Shown: positions 22,274-34,117 of the stretch, piece after piece
Layout: every line of letters begins with the position of its first letter
Numbering within the stretch: position 1 is the first letter of the stretch
Notes under the pieces: model-generated
Told to the model about the DNA's origin: nothing
Seen by the model: only the letters and a program-made list of their open reading frames with translations
Databases searched by the model: none
Made by a program: the position numbers and the translations under genes
Assembly (NCBI GenBank): GCA_025558095.1
Contig: JAIVFI010000016.1
Coordinates: 496,001 to 560,000, forward strand
From: Hyaloraphidium curvatum SAG 235-1
Lineage: Eukaryota > Fungi > Monoblepharomycota
Reading direction: 5' to 3'
DNA length: 64,000 nt

Positions 22274-25066
22274 ATGGCATCGGAGGACGCCGCTACGAAC
22301 GTCGCCGCGACCGCGGACACGCCCCGCGGCCAGGCCCCGGTTGGCTACACGGTGCGCTCCCCGCGGCCGTCCCCCGGCGGCGCCCGCTGATCCGCTCGCC
22401 GGCAGGTCACCTGGGAGAATGTGAACTGCAGGATTCCGGTCACGACGGGCTTCATCTGGAACAGGGAGAAGAAGGTCGTGCACTCGCTGATCGATTCGAC
22501 CGGCTTCGCCCGCCCCGGCGAGTCCCTCGCCGTCATCGGCCCTTCGGGCGCCGGCAAGACCACGCTGGTCGGTGGGTAGAGCGGGCGCCGGCGATGCGGT
22601 TGCCTGGGCCGCCGCTGACGCTTCCGCGTCCTCCTTGCTCGCAGACATCCTGTCCCAGCGCAAGTCGCTCGGCCAGCTCACCGGCGAGGTCCTCGTCAAC
22701 GGCACCAAGCCCGACGAGTTCTTCAAGAAGCGCCTGGGCCAGATCACCGTCATGATGGCCCACATCCCCACCATGACCGTGCGTGAGACGCTCATGTTCG
22801 CCGCCGAGTGCCGCATGCCTCGCAACTCCACGAGGGAGGAGCGCATCGCCCGCGTCGACGAGGTCATCGCCGGCCTCAAGCTCACCAACGCCCAGAACAC
22901 CCCCGTCGGCGACGAGCTGATCCGCGGTGTCTCGTCCGGCGAGAAGAAGCGCACCGAGGTCGCCACCGAGATGATCGCCCGCCCGCGCATGCTTTTCCTC
23001 GACGAGCCCACATCGTGAGCTGATCTGCGCTTCTCTCCCTTTCGAACGATGCGCTGACACCGGTTTCCGCTTCAGGGGCCTCGACGACTTTGGCGCCCGC
23101 TTCACCATGGAGCTGGTGCTCAAGTACGTCAAGTCGGAGAACGTCTGCGTCGTTATCGTCATCCATCAGCCCTGCGAGGCCGTCTTCAAGCTCTTCGACA
23201 ACACCATGATCATCTGCGAGGGCCGCACCTGCTACTTCGGCCCTACCTCGGTCTCGGAGTCCTACTTCAGCACCATGGGCTACCCGACGCCCAAGCTGCA
23301 GAACCCCATCGAGCACTACCGTAGGTTCCGCGCGCTGCGTGCATGGGCAACTCGTGCTGATCTTGCTCTCGTCCGCAGTCGACGTCTGCTCGGCCAACGC
23401 GACCGCCGCCGCCGACTACTACGACAAGTCGCCGCTGGCCGCTGCCAACCTTGCCGAGATTGCCCGCCTCAAGTCGCAGCAGTACACCGCGGTGCGCTAC
23501 TCGGAGCACATCGTCGAGCGTCCGTGGTACGACCAGATCAAGCTGCTCGGCCACCGCGTGCTCCTCCGCTACTGGCGCAACCCGTCGACCTCGTGGGGCC
23601 GCCTGTTCATGTTCACCCTGCTCGGAATCCTCTTCGGTGTCTTCTTCCTGAACGTGGGTTGATGGCTGCTTTTCTTTCCGTCTGATCAGGGCACTGATCT
23701 CCCCTGTGATCAGCTCACCAACAACCTTGCCGGCATCCGCAACCGTCTTTCGGTAACCACGACCTTCACCTTCCTCGCCATTTTCGTCGCCGTGGCCGCC
23801 GTGCCGCAGTTCCTTGAGGACCGCGAGCTCTACCTCCAGGAGCTCGACACGGCGTTCTACACCACCATCCCTTACTGGCTCACCTACCTCCTTTGCGAGT
23901 GAGTTGTATACGCATGCCGTTGTTCCGAGCCTCTCATCGAACCTTCTCGCTTCCAGAGTCTGCTTCACCACTGTGATCACGACCCTCCAGCTCATCATCA
24001 TCTGGGCCATGGCCGGCTTCCCCTGGCAGGCGTTCGGCCTCTCGTACTCCATGATGTTCGTCATGTTCTGGCTCGCCACTTCGATCTCGCAGGCCTGGTC
24101 CGCCTGGTGCAAGACCCTCGTGCAGGCCTACACCGCCCTCTGGGCCGCTGGCCTCATCTTCTACGCCTTTTCGGGTGCCCAGGCTCCGCTCGGCATCGTG
24201 TCGCCCGGCCTCAGGTGGCTCGCCGACATCAACTACTGGCGCTGGTGCCTGCAGTACGTCGTGAGTACCCGGATTTTGCCTCGGTGATCAACGATCAACC
24301 TGACCCTCATTCTCCTCCGCAGATCTGGCAGGTGATGAAGGACTACATTATGGACTGCCCCACAACTCCCTCGGTCAACTTTGCCGGCCCTGCCGCCCGC
24401 GGTTTCGTCAACGCCCTCAACAACACCTTCGTCGGCGAGCCCGGCAACGCCGTCAACGTCGCTGCCTTCTGGCAGGGCATTCGCCTCATCAACGCCAACC
24501 AGTTCGTCTCCGGCCTCGACGACGCCACCGCCGGCACCCGCTCCGATCTCGCCGGCAACTCGCAGGCGACTGCCAGCCTCGTCGCGCCGATCTCGAACGC
24601 CACCAACTTCGCCCCGACCCCGGCCGGCTGGGCCCCTGCCGTCGGCTCCTTCGTGAGTATCGCTTTCCCGCATTCTTCTTTCAGGGAGAAGCTGACCTAG
24701 CTGTTGCAGGGCCTGTACCAGAACGCCTCCACCACCCTCACCCAGATCGCCCAGAACTCGGCGATCTTCCCGCCCGGGTACTTCTGCCCCGTCGGTCAGG
24801 GTGTCGACTTCATCCGTCGCTACCGCGACCTCTCGCCCGAGAACCCCGCGACGAGTGAGTGTCTTCCGATAAGTTGTCCCGTTCGGATCTGAGCTGACGA
24901 AACCCCCCTCCCCCAGCATATGTCGCATACCTTGTCAACATTGCGCTCTTCGTGTTCTTCTGCGTGATGGTGGATAGCTTGTTTGATTTGCGGGTGTCCG
25001 GACTGACCAAACCTCCCGCAGACCGTGACGGGCCTGATGTTCTCCCGCAACTACCGCAAGAGGTAA
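22274..25066 (+). CDS. ABCG half-transporter B (NBD-TMD), multi-exon
   Basis: Start MASEDAA; GPSGAGKTT, VSSGEKKR, LFLDEPTS|GLD, IHQP; TMD; ends MFSRNYRKR*. Confidence 0.92.
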
Positions 25067-25237
25067 ACGGGGGTCTCGCGGACGGGAGTCGTGTCGAATT
25101 GGAGAAAACCGGAATCGTGTTGATTGTGTGCCGGGCAAACACAGTTGTGAATCAACATCTGCCCGCGTTCAGTGTCTGAGGCAAACAATAGTCCAGGTCA
25201 GCCCCCCGCAGAGGTGTCGCGTCACCGTCGGGAGCAA

Positions 25238-26022
25238 TCAGTAATCGATGGTCATTCCCGCTGGCATGTCGGGCTGGGTCCGCGGGTGGGTGTCGCGGAA
25301 GCAGGGCTCCTCGGCGACGAGCCTCGTATAGAGCCGGTTGATGATCGGGTACTTGTCCGCAACCGGCACGTTGAAGCGGAACTGATGCCCGGCAGTCAGT
25401 CAAGTGCAGGGAGAGCGCGCAACCGTAAGACCCACCGCGTTGAACGCCTGCGGCACGAGGCAGAGGTCCGCCAGGGTGACCGTGTCGCCGAAGCAGCACT
25501 TCCCCGCGGTCTCCTTCAGCAGAACCTCCAGGGCATCGAAACCCTTTTCGATCGTCCACCGAGCAAACGCCTCCCTGCCCTGCATGTCCGACCCGGCCAC
25601 TTTTGCCAGCACCCCGACATTCTGAACCGGGTGGATTTCCATGGCGATAAAGTGGGAGATGGCTCGGACTCGTTCCCGAGCCAGCGGGTCCGAGAGAGGG
25701 GGTAGGAGCTGAGGAAGGTCCGGGAAGCGCTCGTCCAGGTACTCTGCGATCGCGAGGCTCTGGTAGAGGGTGACGCCGTCGATGACCAGGGTCGGGAGGA
25801 GCATGGTGGGGTTCAGCTGCTTGTACGCGTCCTCTTTCTGGAGAAAAGGCTTCATTAAGTCGGCGAAGAGGGCAGGAGAATAGGAATACCAACTTGAACG
25901 CCCTTGATGAGGTCCACCGTCCGCGTTTCGTACTTGAGCCCCTTGTAGGCGAGCGCCGCTCGGATCCTCCACGAGCTCCCGGAGCGAAAATAGCCGTAGA
26001 GCACAATGTTCTCCGAAGACAT
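25238..26022 (-). CDS. maiA: Maleylacetoacetate isomerase / zeta-class GST
   Basis: [49 protein letters not shown]; two introns. Confidence 0.9.
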
Positions 26023-26298
26023 CTTTGTCGAAAAGCTCTTTTGGTTTGCCTTTGCCGCGTTTGCTCGATTCGTCAATCCGGAGTTCTGTTGTTTGGGTGG
26101 CGGGGAGGCAACTTCACTCGGCGCGGGGGCAAGTCGTCCAACCACGCAAATCTTGGGGCTCAATGGCTACAGGAATAAGCAGAAACTACTCCACTCTGGC
26201 TTAGAGGCCGTGACTAATCTATTCTGGTGCGAAGCCGCATAATCCACCTATCCCGTGCCGCGAATGTCGAAGCGGCCCCACACCTGAGTATCGAACAA

Positions 26299-28114
26299 TC
26301 AGAAAGTGTCCTCGTCCTCGTCTCCGCCTTCACTGAACTGCGAAGCCACCTCCTCGATCACGTTGTGAAGCTCCTCCGTCATGTCCTGGCCCGTCTCGTC
26401 CTTGAACACCTCGAGAAAGCACTTGGGCGTCTTGTCGATGTCGGTGCCGATGATCCACCCGATCGCCGCCTTGCCCTGTGACAGAAGCCTGCACTGCACG
26501 TCGAGAAAGACGAACGCCGCGGGGTGGTATTCGCCGGACTCGACGCGGTCAGGGACGACCATGTTGAAGATGCCCACGCGGAAGTGCCCGTTCGCGAAGA
26601 TGGCCTCGAGGTCCGGGCTCCCGCCCTGCTCCAACCAGCTCTCCACGGCGTTCGAGTAGAGCACGAGGCGGAGACATTCGAGCACAGGACAGTGGCGGCG
26701 GATCTGTGCGAGGTTGGCGTCGCCGGATCCGAGGATGGCCAGCTCCGCGAGGTTCGGGAACATGACGGGCGTCGCGGGGTCGTCGAGAAGGCTGGGCATC
26801 AGAAACATCTCGCCAGGGTCGTCGGAGTGGCGGAAGCCGCAGGTGCAGATGGAGTTGGTGATCGAGAGGCGACGCAGGTTCTCGTAGATGGCCGGGCGGT
26901 CTCCGAGGAGGACGCGGGTACTCTTGACGACGAGAGTTTCGAGCTTGGTCAGCGCCGCGATGAGCGAGTCGATCTCGGTCTGAAACCGCAACGGAAGCAA
27001 AAGGGCACCGCGATAGGCATCGACTCACCTTGATGACCACGTCCGCACCATCAAGCGACAAGCGCTTGAGGGCCTTCATCTTGTCGGTGGCAGCGGAGAC
27101 TGTGTGCAAGAGCTCAGACAGCCTCGCTTTCGTGTTCTCGTCGGGCTCGATATCGCTGCCGTCAGCATCGTCGTCGCCACGTTTCTTCAGAGGAGAGAAA
27201 GCAAAGTGAAAGGTATCGATTCCAGGCCCGAGAATGACCAGCATGCGACCGATCTCCGTCGCGGACCCCTGCGGATGCTTCTCCCTTCCAACGACGTAAC
27301 CGAGGCAGAGCTTGTCGAGCTTCCAGCCGGGCCGCGACAGGAGTGTGAGCAGCTCGGGATGGCACGAGTGGAGGCAGAGCTGTTTCAGTTTGTGGCCTTG
27401 TGCGAGCACGCCGTCGCCGAACATAGTCGCGAAGCCGGGGAACAGCGGCACCTCGAAGCGCAACCTGCGGATCGAGCGGAACCGGGCGGGCTGGGAGCGG
27501 AAGAAGAGCTCGAGAGCGTGGTAGACGTCCATCCAGCGCGCAGCGGTCGTCTTGTCCCGGCCCTCCATGCACGGGAACAGGTTCTCAAACTCGACCGCGC
27601 ACGCGAACCCGTCGGGAGCGAACCAGTCGATGCCGGCGGCCACCGAGCGGAGGAGCCTGCAGGTCGACTCGACGGCGATGCGGTGCACGAAAGCGGCGCG
27701 CCTTGTTTCCGTCTCGTCGGAGCGGAGGCCGTCGAACGCGTGAGAGACGATGGTGGCGAGGATCTCGGGGGGCAGCGAGGTCAGCTCCGGAACCGGCGCG
27801 AAGAGCGGCGTTTCCGAGGTCGGCGGCGCGTGCGAGAGCTCGGCAATCTCCTCGGGCACGACCTGCGCGGACTTGACGACGGCGGGCTCCGGTGCGTGAG
27901 GTGCTTTCTCGGCGGCTACGGTGCGAACGCGGGCTCCACGGACAAAACGTGTGGCAAAGAAGACCACGGCAGCGAAAACGGTGGCGAGCACGAGCACGGC
28001 GAACGTCGGAGAGCAGTCGAGGCCGAGCGCGGCGGCAATGGTTGCGGGAAGCGCGTTGAGGGACGCGAGTACCGACGACGAAGAGAGGGCCTCGGCGAGC
28101 GCGCGGGGCTCCAT
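26299..28114 (-). CDS. F-box/LRR-like protein with an N-terminal hydrophobic anchor
   Basis: F-box-like LTSLPPEILATIVSH..VESTCRLLR; LxxLxL repeats; intron 26981-27029 joins the two ORFs. Confidence 0.65.
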
Positions 28115-28461
28115 GGCGGGCTTCGGCTTCAGCAGACGCGGAAAGACGACGAAGAAGGCGCGTCGGCGGGCGTGTGGGTCACTGGAGTGGGGGCGGCGGC
28201 AGCTCTGGGCGCGGAGAAGCGTGCGGTTTGATGGCGGCCGCCGGCTCGTTCGAGCTTCGCCCGCGTCAAATCAGCTACGCGACCTCGAGTCGAAGTCCAT
28301 GTAATGCATTAGCTTCCTTGTTGACCTATGTGGTCGTTGATGGAACGTTCTGTGGGACCTTGGGACGCCGCGCAGTGGACGCAAGAGGCTCTGTTCGTGT
28401 CACCCGAACGCCGAGCACATAAGTTGGGAACGACAGTGCTGTGAAGGACAGGAGCAGCGTC

Positions 28462-29485
28462 ATGAGGACCGCAGCTATCGTTCTCGCCTGCCTCGTTGTT
28501 CTGTTGTTCCTCTTCCTGCCTCCCCTGCTTTCTGCACCGGCCTTCGATGCCCGCATTGCCTTCCTTTCCTTCTCTCGCTGGCCCCAGAGGAGGAAGGCAT
28601 TCGACAGTCCGGCAACAGTCTCATCGGATGCTTTCCCACCCCTTGTCATCGCAGCGGACGTTCTGTTTGTCATCTTTACGTTCCCCGGGTCACCTCTTAC
28701 TCCCGCCTTTTCGCGTCGCCTCGACGCCTTCCCACTCCTGAACCGTTCCGATCCTCACGTACGCTTATGGAGTTCCGGCGACCGGAACCTCACCTTTGCC
28801 TACGTCTTCTACACGGGCAACGCCTCCATCGGCCAACCCAACCTCCCCATCGCGTCCTCGTTCGACCCCTCGACGCGCACGCTCACCGTCCCCGTGGGGG
28901 CAGACTACCGCTCCCTCCCCCACCGCACCGCCGCTATGCTCCTCCGGCAACATGCCGGGTTCTGGCCCCATGGTTCCCGCGTGGACTTTGAGCTCCTCGT
29001 GCGCCTGGACGATGACAGCTTCACGTGCTTCGACCGCCTCTTCGCGGGGCTGTACGACAAGGTGCGCTTCGCGAAGGACGAGCCGGATGCTAGAGCAAAG
29101 GCGGAGGACGTGTGGGGAGGACCGACGGTCGTTGCTTTCGCGCGCTCGGATCCCAACGATCGGTGGTACGGTTCTTGGAAAGCCGGCGAGCGCGGCAAGC
29201 TCAAGATCTACGGCCTCGACGACGCGATGGTGGGGATCTGGGTGCACAAGACGTTGGAGTGGAAAGAGTGGGAGGAGTACGGCGACAGTATGGGCCAGCA
29301 CGTCCAATACCGGATGCACGTGCGCGAACGAGGAGGAGGCTGAGGGCGGAGGCACGTGGGTTTGGTACGTTCAAAAAACGATCGGGGCTAGCGATGCTGC
29401 GACTGATTGCTACCTTGCTAGGCATGGGTGTCACGAGTTAGCAGAGCACGAAGCGTGCGAGGTGAACGTGGCACCGAAATGTTGA
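28462..29485 (+). pseudogene. GT31 (galactosyltransferase-like) type II membrane protein, probably degraded
   Basis: Signal anchor, DYRSLPHRT, VRLDDDSF, DDAMVGIW; the GGxGY segment is missing; the Cys-rich C-terminus is in another frame with no plausible intron. Confidence 0.45.
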
Positions 29486-29568
29486 TCAAAATGAGTCATC
29501 GCCTCTGTCGCCCACGTCGGCCGCCTACCCCGTCCAATGCACCAGAAATCGAAGAGAGCAAAGCCCGA

Positions 29569-30773
29569 ATGAGTAGCGGCAAAGGCTCTCAAATGCCGCG
29601 AGGGCGGAACGAGGGAGCCGCCCCACCGAAGCGCCCGCGGCGCACTGCACCTCGACGTTCCCTCCCCGCGGCCCCCGAGCCGTCGTTGGACAAGATGCCC
29701 ATCGAGATGCTCGAAAACATCGTCAGGTTTGTGTTCGGGCCCCAAATAAGCCCGAGGCAGCGGCTCTGACCGTCCGTCGAACCGAGAAGCCGGATACCGA
29801 TGATTCTGCTCCCCTCGATTGTCGCCCTCGCGTCGTCCTGCCGCGCGCTGCGGGAGGCGGTCGGCGCCATCGCACCGTGGAAGTCGCTGCTGGAAGACCT
29901 GTGGGACGAGGCAGAGGAAGAGGAGAGCGAGGATGACGAGGACTCGGAAGGGGCCATCAAGGCGCCTCGGAAGCGCCGCGTGCCAAGGGACCGCGTCGAC
30001 CCGCGCGACCTAGTCCCGAAACGCGGCAAGCAGACCGTCGACTGGCTTTGGGTGCTGGGCAAGTACGCGGTGGGCTTCCGCCGGGAAACGACCCTCGATC
30101 CGGGCTGATCTCCTCGCCCTTGACAGAACCGTCTCTGCCTCGGCTGCTTCGCCCTGTTCGACAAGGCCAAGGACGTCTACCCCGTCGGCGGGATCCCCAT
30201 CGCCCTGCTGGAGCACGCTTTCCTCGACCTTCCTGCGGAAGAAGTGCCCGATCTCTCGGGCGACGACTACTGGGACCTTCCTGCCGGCTGCTCTGCCCTG
30301 TGCGCCGAATGCCGCGTCCATCTCTGGACCACCACCACCAAGAACGTCGCCCGGCCGCGGGAAATTGCGGAATGCGCCGAGGACCTCGACGCCGCCGCCG
30401 GCTGCGAGATCAACGCCACCGAGGCGCGCAGGCTGTACCGGCTCCACGGCGAGGACGACCTGCTGGGCCTGGGAATGCGCGAGGAGGTGGTGTTCGAGCG
30501 GAGGAGGTTCACGGTGTTCGAGCACATCTACAAGAAGGGTGCGGTGCTGCTGCGGGCGTGGAACGTGCACGGCGGGCCATGGGGCTTGCGGGTGGGTGCG
30601 CGCTCACAAGTATGAGGCGTTGGTGACCGCGGCGCGCGCAGGCGGTCAGGAAGCACACCAAGACGCCCAAGAAGCGGCGCAGCAGGTGGCCCAAGCGGGA
30701 GGTCTACGAGGCCGTGGTCCCTTGGAAGGGCAGCAGCTCGAAGGAGAAGCGGGCTTACTTCAAGTTCGACTAA
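29569..30773 (+). CDS. F-box-like protein with an XPA-C-like module
   Basis: LDKMPIEMLENIVR..ALASSCRALR; CxxC pairs; INATEARRLYRL..DDL..HGG; introns near 29727, 30070-30126 and 30591-30640. Confidence 0.6.
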
Positions 30774-30932
30774 TCGGACGCCTCGGATGCACCACCTGTT
30801 ATCCTTCGCAAATAGCATTGGCCGAGCCCTACATGGAAAGCAATACAAATAACGACCCGTCGCACCTCGACCCTCGCCTCGCACCCCCACCCTCGCCTCG
30901 CACTCGCAACCCGCCGCGCCCGCCTCCGCCGC

Positions 30933-33026
30933 CTACTGCTTCCCCCCCAACCTCTTCCCCCACCCGCCAAACACGCTCCCCAGCCCCCTCCGCACGCTCG
31001 GGCTCTCGCTCGGCGTCGCCGCGAGGCTGGTCCCGGTGCCCGTGGCGGAGGAGGCGACGGCGCGGACGGGGGTGCCCTGCGGCTGCGGCGGGGCCGGTGC
31101 CGGGGCGGGAGGGGAGGCGCGCTGCGTTGCGGGCGCGGGAGCGGGTGCCGGTGGTGCGGGGGAGGTGGAGGGGAGGGGTTTTGTGGGGGAGGGAGGGAGG
31201 GAGAGGGGGGCGAGGGAGACGTCGGGCGCCGAGCCGAGGTCAAAGTCGATCACCAGCGGCTCCGGCTCCTCCGCCGGCGGCGGCGCCGCCCTGGCGGGCT
31301 CCGCGGCCGCGGGCTTGGGTGCCGCGGGGGCGAGCGCCAGGGCGTCCAGGGAGATGTCCAGTGCGAGGTCGAGGGAGGGCGCAGGGAGGGGGAGCGAGGG
31401 GAGCGTGGGCTGCAACGGCTGCGGGGCCGGCACCGCCCTGGCCGAGCGCGAGGGCGAGGCTTTGGGCGCCTTTCGCCTGAACGAGATGAGCACCGGCACC
31501 CCGCCTTCCTCGAACAGGGGCAGCCGGACCACCCCCGCCGGCTGCCTCCGGAACGCCGACACGAGCAGCTCCCTCAGCCTGGCCTCGATGAACTTGTTCG
31601 TCAGGTCCGCGTCCAGCACCGTCGGATCGTGCCCGCAGAACCGCATCATCAGGTCCACCACGTCCTCGGTCTCCCTGTCCGATTGGGCCCCCGACGCCGA
31701 CGGGAGCGCCGCGCCGACGTGCGGCAGGTCCGCGTGGCCCTCGTTCACCCACCCGTCCCAGAGCACCTCGAAGATGTCGGCGCGCTTGCCCGGGTCGCGC
31801 TCGCACATGCGCGAGAAGAGCCGCTGCGCGGCCGGGGAGCAGTGCGAGGGCAGCTTGAGGTCCGTGGTGGTGATAATGTGCACGGCCTTGCGGGGGTCCG
31901 TGATGGAGAAGGGGAACTGCGAGACGAGGAGGGTGTACAGGATGATGCCTGGACGTCCGGAGGGGTGTCAGAAAGGGAAAAGGGGGGGATAGCACGCGGA
32001 GGGCGCCCACCGAGAGCCCAGACGTCGATCTTGTCGGGGCGGTACGGGTGCTCGAGGTGGATCTCTGGGGCCTCGTACCAGATGGAGCCCATCCATTCGG
32101 TCAGCGGCTTTTCGGGGTCGAAGAAGGTGGCCATGCCGAAATCGATCAGCTTGACGTTCATGTCCTTGTCGAGCAGGAGGTTGTCCAGCTTGAGGTCGCG
32201 GTGCGCGATCGAGCGCTACGAAGGGACCAGCCGCTTAGCGACCACATTGGGTGCAAGAAGGCGAACAAATCACCTTGTGGAGGTAGGCGACGGCGCCCAC
32301 CAGCTGGCGGAACATGCGGCGCGCCTCGTCCTCGCCGAGGCCGTAACCCGAGGTTCCCTTTTCCAGCAGGTGCTTGAGCAGCCCGCCGCCCGGGCACACC
32401 TCCATGGCCAGCCTGATCTCGTTTGCCGGTCGCCGCTCCGCCGAGCCCTTTTTCGCCAGCGGCAGCTTGGAGCCGTCGTCGACGGCAGCCGGGTCGACGG
32501 CCGTGCCCGCCGTGTCGTGGCTGCGCTCTGAGTGGGTCCTGGCCAGCGGCGCAGCGGCCTGCGGCTTATCGGCGGCGTCGCGGTCCGTCTGGTCCTGCAC
32601 GGCCTCGAAGGTGCGGATGATGTTTGGGTGCGCGAGTGTCTGGCCGAACAGCAGCTCGTTCATGAGCATGCGGCGCTCGAGCGGGTCCGCGATGGGCTGG
32701 CCGGTGGCCAGCCGCTTGAGCGCGAACGACTCTTTCGTCGCGGTGTGCACGGCCAGGTCGACTGGGCCGAACGTGCCCGATCCCAGGTGCACTGCCGTCG
32801 GCGAGTACGGCGAGGCGGGCGGCGTCGGCAGCAGCAGGTCGGCGGGGTTTGGCGGCGGGGCGGTGAGCGTGGCCGACGATGCGGTGGGCGACACGGCGGT
32901 CTGCTTCTCGGGCGGGGCGTTCGGCGAGCTCGGCGACGCGGGGGGGATCGGGGCACGCGCCGGCTTGGCCACGAACCGGGCAAACAGCCCCGCGCGCGGC
33001 TGCGACGGCGTGGCGGGCAGCGACAT
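30933..33026 (-). CDS. Ser/Thr protein kinase, CAMK/CAMKL-like
   Basis: GSGTFG, FALK, HRDLKLDN, DFG, APE, DVWALG; two introns. Confidence 0.9.
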
Positions 33027-34117
33027 CGCGGGCCGTGCGGAAGGGAGAGCGGAGGGGGAGGAGGGAGCCCCAGGGACGGCGGGCGGCGGCGCGACTCCGG
33101 CGGCGATGCGGCGCCGCCCCGGGCGGATCTCGCGGGCGCGTGCTCGGCCGCCCTCGGAGAGCCCTTGGCAGTGGCCGGGTGGCCGCAGGAAGCAGCGGCC
33201 GGCTCGAGCGCGTGCAAGGCCCCTCAGAAATGCGCTGCGGAGCCCGGCTCGTGGTCACCCCTGCAAACCCGCCGCCGAAATCCCACATCCCGCGTCCCTG
33301 ACCCTTTGACAGCCGGCCGCACCCAAGCTCAGATCGGCATCCGCATTTCGGGCATGCATCATGCCCACCCCGTGCACGGCAAAGCCCCCCCGGCACGGTG
33401 TGGATCGGGCCCAGACTTGGGACCCTGGCGCGCGGCCCGGCGGTCGACCTCGGAACGCGTCGGGCGTCCCCGATCCGCCGTCGGAGCGATGCCGAAATGC
33501 GGATCGGCGGGATGGATGGATGTCCGGAGCCCGAAGCCGAACCCAGCCGCGCCCGGGAGCTCCGGCAGAAATCCCACTTCGGATCCGCGAAAGCCACGCA
33601 CCGTGCGGCAAACAACCAACGCCTGCCCGCGGGCCGGTCCGCAAAAGCGCACATCAATCACATCCCCGCCTCCCCGCCTCATCCCGCCTTCCTCTTGGCT
33701 CGGCAGCACGCCCCCGATGTACCCGACGACAATGCACGCGCGCATCGCCCCTCCCTGTCCCCGCGCCGTCCCCTCATTCCCCTCTGCATGCTGGCAGCAA
33801 ACCATACTCTAGTCAGGTAGCGCGCCCCTTCATGGCGCTGCCACCGTTACAGATGTGGGAGATTCAAACGTCCGCGAGAGTTGGCGGGACGCGGGAAGAC
33901 GCGCCAGCCATAGTTTTTTTGGACGGACATCCGCTTCGAGACCGAGGCCGGCGAGGCGCGGGAGGAGGGCTCCAGTGGCACTTGACCGGCAGCACTAGTA
34001 CCCGGCATCGACGGTGGCAATAGACACGCAGCGTGGCTTCGCTACTTTTCGTTCGCGCATATGCCAATCCCGCGGTCCTCTGCTCTTTTCTCCAACGACG
34101 CAGACCCACCACCCCAT

